NCBI GenBank assembly: GCA_964500725.1
Contig: CAZCNP010000006.1
Location: 3,634-67,633 of the forward strand
Length of the DNA: 64,000 nt
Direction of reading: 5' to 3'
Origin: an uncultured Gammaproteobacteria bacterium
GTDB lineage: Bacteria; Patescibacteriota; Microgenomatia; Daviesbacterales; UBA10151
Shown: piece by piece, positions 58,942-64,000 of the stretch
Position numbering within the stretch: the first letter of the stretch is position 1
Layout of the letters: every line of letters begins with the position of its first letter
Notes under the pieces: generated by a model
What the model was told of the DNA's origin: nothing
Database searches by the model: none
The model's input: only the letters and a program-made list of their open reading frames with translations
Translations under genes and position numbers: made by a program

Positions 58942-61900
58942 TTTGTCTCCTTTTCTTCCATCTGAGCACTTGCATCTATTACTTCAAAAGAGCTATCTGG
59001 AGCTTCCAGTTCTGCTTCCTCGGCAGTCGACTTCATCCCCAAAGCCTCCCCCAGTTGAGCTACTTCTGCAGTAATTTCTTTTTTCTCTTCTGTCTCCTGG
59101 ACCTCTTGCACAATCTTGGCTCCCAGAGTCTCCACATTTAGATTTAGAGCCTGCAATTCTTTGACCAAAACCTTAAAAGATTCTGGAATCAAAGCTTGAG
59201 GAATATCAATTCCTTTAACAATGGCTTCAAAAGCCTTTGCCCTACCAACCACATCATCTGATTTAATAGTCAACATTTCTTGTAAAATATTGGCAGCTCC
59301 ATATGCTTCTAGCGCCCAAACTTCCATCTCTCCCAAACGCTGACCTCCCATTTGGGCCTTACCGCCAAGTGGCTGTTGAGTAACTAGGGAGTAAGGACCA
59401 GTGGAACGAGCGTGAATCTTTTCTTCCACCATGTGGATCAATTTCAAGATGTAATTTATGCCTACAACAATAGGATTTCCGAATGGCTCTCCTGTTCTAC
59501 CATCATAAAGTTGAGTTTTACCGTCAGCAGAATAACCAGCTTTTTTAAGCTCTTCGATTAACTTATCTTCAGGGATTTTCTCAAAAACAGGAGCAGCTAT
59601 CTTATATCCTAATTTCTTGCCGGCAAATGCCCAGTGAGTTTCCAAAAGCTGCCCTAAGTTCATTCTGGATAAAACTGATAGGGGAGAAATAATAATATCA
59701 ATAGGTGTACCGTCTTTAAGATGAGGCATATCAGCAACTGGTACTATTCTGGAAATAACTCCCTTATTACCATGACGGCCAGCTAATTTGTCTCCGGCAG
59801 TCACTTTTCTAAGCTGCGCAACTTTGACTTTAATTCTCATCAATGTCCCTGTATCAAGCTCATCTCCTTCATCACGCGAAAGAATTTGCACCCCAATTAC
59901 TGTGCCTCGCTCGCCATGAGGAACACGAAGCGATGTGTCTCTAACTTCTTTGGCTTTTTCTCCAAAAATGGCTCTAAGTAGTCTTTCCTCAGCAGTAAGC
60001 TCTGTTTCTCCTTTAGGCTGGACTTTACCTACCAAGATATCATTTGGCCCTACTTCTGCTCCAATTCTGACAATTCCTTTATCATCCAAATTTACCAAAG
60101 CCTCCTCTGACACATTTGGAATATCGGAAGTAAGCTCTTCTGGCCCTAATTTAGTCTCTACTACATCAACCTCATATTCTTCAATATGAATTGAGGTTAA
60201 AACATCATCTTTAACTAATCTATCTGAAATAACAATAGCATCCTCATACCCCAAACCATCAAAACTCATGTAAGCAATCAACAAATTCTGACCTAAAGCT
60301 AACTCCCCATTTTCGCAGGCTGCGCCATCAACTAATAAATCACCTTTTTTCACTTTATTCCCCACATTTACTACTGGTCTTTGAGAATAGCAAGTGCCTT
60401 GAGGTGAATGAACGAACTTTTTAATATCAATTTTAATTTCTTCCTTTTTGGTCTTTAAGATAATATTTTTTCCGTCTGCATATTTGATTACCCCGTCATC
60501 AGAAGCTCTAACTACTCTGCCCATATTATCAGCAACTACTCTTTCCATACCTGTACCAGAAATAGGCGCAGAAGGTCTGAGCAGGGGAACTGCCTGACAC
60601 TGCATTTGGGTACCCATCAAAGCTCTGTTGGCATCATCATTGGCCAAAAACGGAATCAAAGATGCTGAGGTACCAAAAATTTGTTGTGGGGAAATATCAA
60701 TTAGGGAAATATCTTTAGTCGGACCTTCAAAAAAGCTACCTTGATAACGGGTTGGGACTCTATCATCCAAAATATATCCTTTATCGTCTATACTTATAGT
60801 TGCCTCAGTAATATGATAGTCCTCCTCATCATCTGCAGTCAGATATGTTACCTCATCAGTTACCTTAGGTTTATCTTTTTGCATTACCACTTTTCGGTAT
60901 GGCGTTTCCAAGAAACCATATTCGTTAATTCGGGCATAAAGAGCCAGATAGGTAACCAGTCCTATGTTTTGACCCTCAGGGCTTCTGATAGGATCAATTC
61001 TACCGTATTGAGAATGATTAATATCACGAACTGAAAAAGAAGCTCTATCCCTGGTAATCCCACCTGCTCCCATAACAGAAAGTCTTCTTAAATGATCTAG
61101 TTCAGACAAAGGATTTACCTGATCTAAAATTGATGAAAGTTGGGAAGAACGGAAAAACTCATTAATTGCAGCAATGACTGGTTTAGCATTAATCAAACCT
61201 CCAGGTGAAACTTCTTGATCAACAGCGGTTAAACTCATTCTTTCCTTAATAATACGCTCAAGTCTTAAGACTCCAATTCTAAAAGCATTCTGTTGAACTA
61301 ACTCTCCTGCGCATCTGACACGTCTGTTTGCCAGATGATCTATATCATCCAGCCTTCCTTCCCCTTTGCTTAACTTAATTAGGTATATTAAAGTGGCAAT
61401 AATATCTTCTTTGGTTAAAATCCAATTTTCAGGTACATTAGGTAAATCTAAATTCAATCTTTTGTTAACTTTATATCTACCAACCTTTATAAGGTTATAT
61501 CTTCTGGGGTTAAAAAACATTCCATCAAGCAAAGCTTTTGCATTATCTAAGACTACTGGATCCCCTGGGCGCATTTTTCTAAAAATTTCCAAAAGCGCTT
61601 CCTCTGTATTAGCAGTTGGATCTTTAGCAAGGGTTGTCTCAATAAATTTATCCTCACCGTTATCAACATCTTTAAATAAGTTGGCAATTGACTCATTATC
61701 AGAAAAGCCTAAAGCACGAAGTAGTGTGGTAGCGGCAAATTTCCTTCTTCTATCAATTTTAGCTGTTAATACTCCACCTCGGGTGATAGAAAATTCCAAC
61801 CATGATCCTCTGTAAGGACGAATCTCTGCCGAGAATAGTCTTCTTCCAGTAATTGGATCATCAGATGCTTGGAAAAATACTCCTGGTGAGCGGACTAGTT

Positions 61901-62306
61901 GATTAATGATAACCCTCTCTACACCATTGATAATAAATGTACCTTTATCAGTCATCTGAGGAATATCGCCTAAAAAGACATCTTGTTTGTATCTTTGTCC
62001 TGTTTGTTTGTTAGTTAAAATTGCCTCAATTTTTAAAGGAGCATCATAGGTGATACCTTTTTCTTTAGCTGCCTCAGAAGTATACTTAGCTTTACCGAAA
62101 TAAAAAGACCCTAGCTCTAGGGTCCAATTTTTGCCTGTAAAATCCTCAACAGGAGAAATTTCTTTTAAGACTTCAGCGATTCCAGTTTGCAAAAACCAAT
62201 TGTATGAGTCTAATTGAATTTGAATTAAATTAAGTTCAGGAACTAAAAAAGGTGCTTTGCTCCAATATTTACGTATATTTGTTACATTAGATGCGCTAAT
62301 CGACAT
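58938..62306 (-). CDS. rpoB: DNA-directed RNA polymerase subunit beta
   Basis: 1122 aa with conserved rif-region and active-site blocks. Overlaps rpoC (ATGA). Confidence 0.97.
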   Translation of the reverse strand: MSISASNVTNIRKYWSKAPFLVPELNLIQIQLDSYNWFLQTGIAEVLKEISPVEDFTGKNWTLELGSFYFGKAKYTSEAAKEKGITYDAPLKIEAILTNKQTGQRYKQDVFLGDIPQMTDKGTFIINGVERVIINQLVRSPGVFFQASDDPITGRRLFSAEIRPYRGSWLEFSITRGGVLTAKIDRRRKFAATTLLRALGFSDNESIANLFKDVDNGEDKFIETTLAKDPTANTEEALLEIFRKMRPGDPVVLDNAKALLDGMFFNPRRYNLIKVGRYKVNKRLNLDLPNVPENWILTKEDIIATLIYLIKLSKGEGRLDDIDHLANRRVRCAGELVQQNAFRIGVLRLERIIKERMSLTAVDQEVSPGGLINAKPVIAAINEFFRSSQLSSILDQVNPLSELDHLRRLSVMGAGGITRDRASFSVRDINHSQYGRIDPIRSPEGQNIGLVTYLALYARINEYGFLETPYRKVVMQKDKPKVTDEVTYLTADDEEDYHITEATISIDDKGYILDDRVPTRYQGSFFEGPTKDISLIDISPQQIFGTSASLIPFLANDDANRALMGTQMQCQAVPLLRPSAPISGTGMERVVADNMGRVVRASDDGVIKYADGKNIILKTKKEEIKIDIKKFVHSPQGTCYSQRPVVNVGNKVKKGDLLVDGAACENGELALGQNLLIAYMSFDGLGYEDAIVISDRLVKDDVLTSIHIEEYEVDVVETKLGPEELTSDIPNVSEEALVNLDDKGIVRIGAEVGPNDILVGKVQPKGETELTAEERLLRAIFGEKAKEVRDTSLRVPHGERGTVIGVQILSRDEGDELDTGTLMRIKVKVAQLRKVTAGDKLAGRHGNKGVISRIVPVADMPHLKDGTPIDIIISPLSVLSRMNLGQLLETHWAFAGKKLGYKIAAPVFEKIPEDKLIEELKKAGYSADGKTQLYDGRTGEPFGNPIVVGINYILKLIHMVEEKIHARSTGPYSLVTQQPLGGKAQMGGQRLGEMEVWALEAYGAANILQEMLTIKSDDVVGRAKAFEAIVKGIDIPQALIPESFKVLVKELQALNLNVETLGAKIVQEVQETEEKKEITAEVAQLGEALGMKSTAEEAELEAPDSSFEVIDASAQMEEKETK

Positions 62307-62433
62307 TTGTAGATGGCCTTTTTATCCTGTTAAGCAGTAACAGGAGTCAATCAACAAAAGGAAGCATACGTATCCGTACGCCTCCATTTTTTGTATTGAA
62401 TTATGTTAAATTTAGCATAAATGATCCTCTTAG

Positions 62434-62808
62434 TCAAGTAGTCAAAAGTGGGGACAAAAAGTATGCTCGAGCTTCTCTTTCATCCTGCTTCATTTGTCTT
62501 ATAAGATCATTCGCGGATCTAAATTGCTGATTTTCGCGAATCTTCTTAATTAATTTAACAGATATCCAATGATTATAAATATTCTGGTTGAAATCCAGAA
62601 TATAAGTTTCTGATAAGAACTTTTTTTCATCAAAAGTTTTAACTGTACCAATAAAAGTAAGTGAAAAATATATGTTATTTTTAATTTTAGTTTTGGAAAT
62701 ATATACACCTTCTGGAATTTTTTTACTTAAATTTACATTAGCTGTAGGAAATCCTAATTTTTTTCCTCTAAGATTTGCTTTTCTGACTTTCCCCCAAAAC
62801 CTATACAT
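62434..62808 (-). CDS. riboflavin kinase (monofunctional; RibF C-terminal-domain-like)
   Basis: GKVRKANLRGKKLGFPTANV matches the flavokinase signature. Confidence 0.6.
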   Translation of the reverse strand: MYRFWGKVRKANLRGKKLGFPTANVNLSKKIPEGVYISKTKIKNNIYFSLTFIGTVKTFDEKKFLSETYILDFNQNIYNHWISVKLIKKIRENQQFRSANDLIRQMKQDEREARAYFLSPLLTT

Positions 62809-62809
62809 A

Positions 62810-63766
62810 TTATGGATTATTGGCTACATTTTGGTCATGTTCTTCCAAAGTTTTAGCATAATATGAGTTTCCTTTTAAATTATGATAATAATATAAATAA
62901 GGAGTATTTGGATTAGCATTAGCCACCGCTTCTAAAGAAGACAGCGAGGGATTAGCAATAGGGGCAGGCGGTAAACCCTTATATAAATAGGTATTAAAGG
63001 GGGATTCTATTTTTTTATCCTCTAGGGTTAAATGCCTTTTCCACCAGCTTTTTTCTTGTGGTTGATATCCTAGAATATATTGCAGGGTAGCATCAGCATT
63101 TAAACCCATATCAATCTTAAACCTTTTCAGCAATATACTAGCCACCTCTGTTCTAACTTTGTCTGACCTGGCTTCCCTCTCAACAATCGAGGCTAAAATT
63201 ACTCCTTGGGCTTCAGTTAATCCTTTAGAACGAATTTGCAACCTCAACTCCTCTGTAAATCTTTTATCAAATGTCTTTTTTAAAATATTTACAACATATT
63301 CTACAGTTGCCTCTTTAGGGAACAGATAGGTATCAGGAAACATATATCCTTCTTTGGCAGTTTTTAGAAATTCTTTTTTGTCAATTTTTAGCTCTTTATT
63401 TAATTTATCTGCCATCTCCTCAATACGCCAACCCTCAATTAAAGTCACCCAAATATCTTCACTGCCTGTTTGCAAAGCTTCTATTAACTTAGGCACAGAC
63501 ATTGAGGGAGAAAGCTTATGAGATCCCGCCTGGAGTTTACTTGTTAAATTATTCTGTTTGACATAAACTTTAAATACCAGTTCTGACCTGATCAAACCCT
63601 CATCTTTTAATTTTTTGGCAATAGTAGAAACCCCAGCCCCTTTTTCTATAACAAAAACTTTAGAAGACGCATCAGTTGAAACTGCAGATAATTGAGCATC
63701 CCACCAACCTCTTATCAAAAAGAATAAAATTATCAAAATTAAAAAACCCCAAATTATTTTTTTCAT
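62810..63766 (-). CDS. mltG: endolytic murein transglycosylase MltG (YceG-like)
   Basis: N-terminal TM and PFNTYLYKGLPPAPIANP YceG motif. Confidence 0.8.
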   Translation of the reverse strand: MKKIIWGFLILIILFFLIRGWWDAQLSAVSTDASSKVFVIEKGAGVSTIAKKLKDEGLIRSELVFKVYVKQNNLTSKLQAGSHKLSPSMSVPKLIEALQTGSEDIWVTLIEGWRIEEMADKLNKELKIDKKEFLKTAKEGYMFPDTYLFPKEATVEYVVNILKKTFDKRFTEELRLQIRSKGLTEAQGVILASIVEREARSDKVRTEVASILLKRFKIDMGLNADATLQYILGYQPQEKSWWKRHLTLEDKKIESPFNTYLYKGLPPAPIANPSLSSLEAVANANPNTPYLYYYHNLKGNSYYAKTLEEHDQNVANNP

Positions 63767-64000
63767 TGACTCGGTAAGGAATCCAAATAATCCTGTAAAA
63801 TTATAGCAGCAGCAGTATCATCATTGATATGGCGCTTAAGCTTAGGAGTATTGAGCTTAATTAGTTGATCAAGCGCTCTTTTGGAGGATAAAGTTTCATC
63901 AGCAGACGTAACATCAAATCCTCTTTTTTTCAAAGCATTAACAAATCCATTAATATATTTACCAATTTTGCCTTCTGGCAAGCCAATAATTATTTTTTGG
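63763..64000 (-). CDS. ruvX: Holliday-junction resolvase-like RuvX/YqgF (3' part; gene starts beyond the window end)
   Basis: IIGLPEG...SSKRALDQL...DDTAAAIILQDYL. The frame stays open to position 64000. Confidence 0.7.
   Translation of the reverse strand, partial: QKIIIGLPEGKIGKYINGFVNALKKRGFDVTSADETLSSKRALDQLIKLNTPKLKRHINDDTAAAIILQDYLDSLPSQ

Noticed and set aside
1-64000. CRISPR arrays, rRNA genes, IS elements or transposases
   Set aside because: No regularly spaced direct repeats, no rRNA-like conserved blocks, and no transposase- or integrase-like translations were seen anywhere in the window.

Overview
This 64 kb window is low-GC (roughly mid-30s % by eye) and densely coding. Gene content and order suggest a Patescibacteria/CPR-like or similarly reduced Gram-positive-like genome, but that is inference.

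The backbone is the minus-strand block ruvX-mltG-riboflavin kinase-rpoB-rpoC-rpsL-rpsG-(insert)-fusA-(toxin-antitoxin insert)-tuf-rpsJ-(opposite-strand insert)-rplC…rplO-secY-adk-map-infA-rpmJ-rpsM-rpsK-rpsD-rpoA-rplQ-rplM-rpsI. There is no rpmD (L30), and rpmJ (L36) and a type-Z S14 are present but absent from the ORF track. Downstream are a phosphoglucomutase-family gene, a SAM-I riboswitch with metK, recA-recX, rny, hup, an ABC-2 transporter with an embedded TrpR-like YerC gene, three GT-C-type membrane glycosyltransferase-like genes, miaA, an AI-2E transporter, RNase P RNA, 6-phosphogluconolactonase (pgl), DUF3048/DUF4446 genes, secD/secF (split by two inserted genes), cca and recJ.

A plus-strand aromatic amino-acid island (small protein-tkt-DAHP synthase-pheA) sits next to aspS.

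Most notable findings: (1) two homologous T-box-like antiterminator leaders, each in front of a paralogous small AbrB/SpoVT-like protein; (2) a Phe-codon leader-peptide attenuator before pheA; (3) a second four-segment attenuator with a Leu/Ile-rich leader ORF before three hypothetical genes; (4) a RelE/Phd toxin-antitoxin pair and a GreA N-terminal-domain-only gene inserted in the str operon.

All calls come from reading the sequence and ORF translations. No database searches were run.
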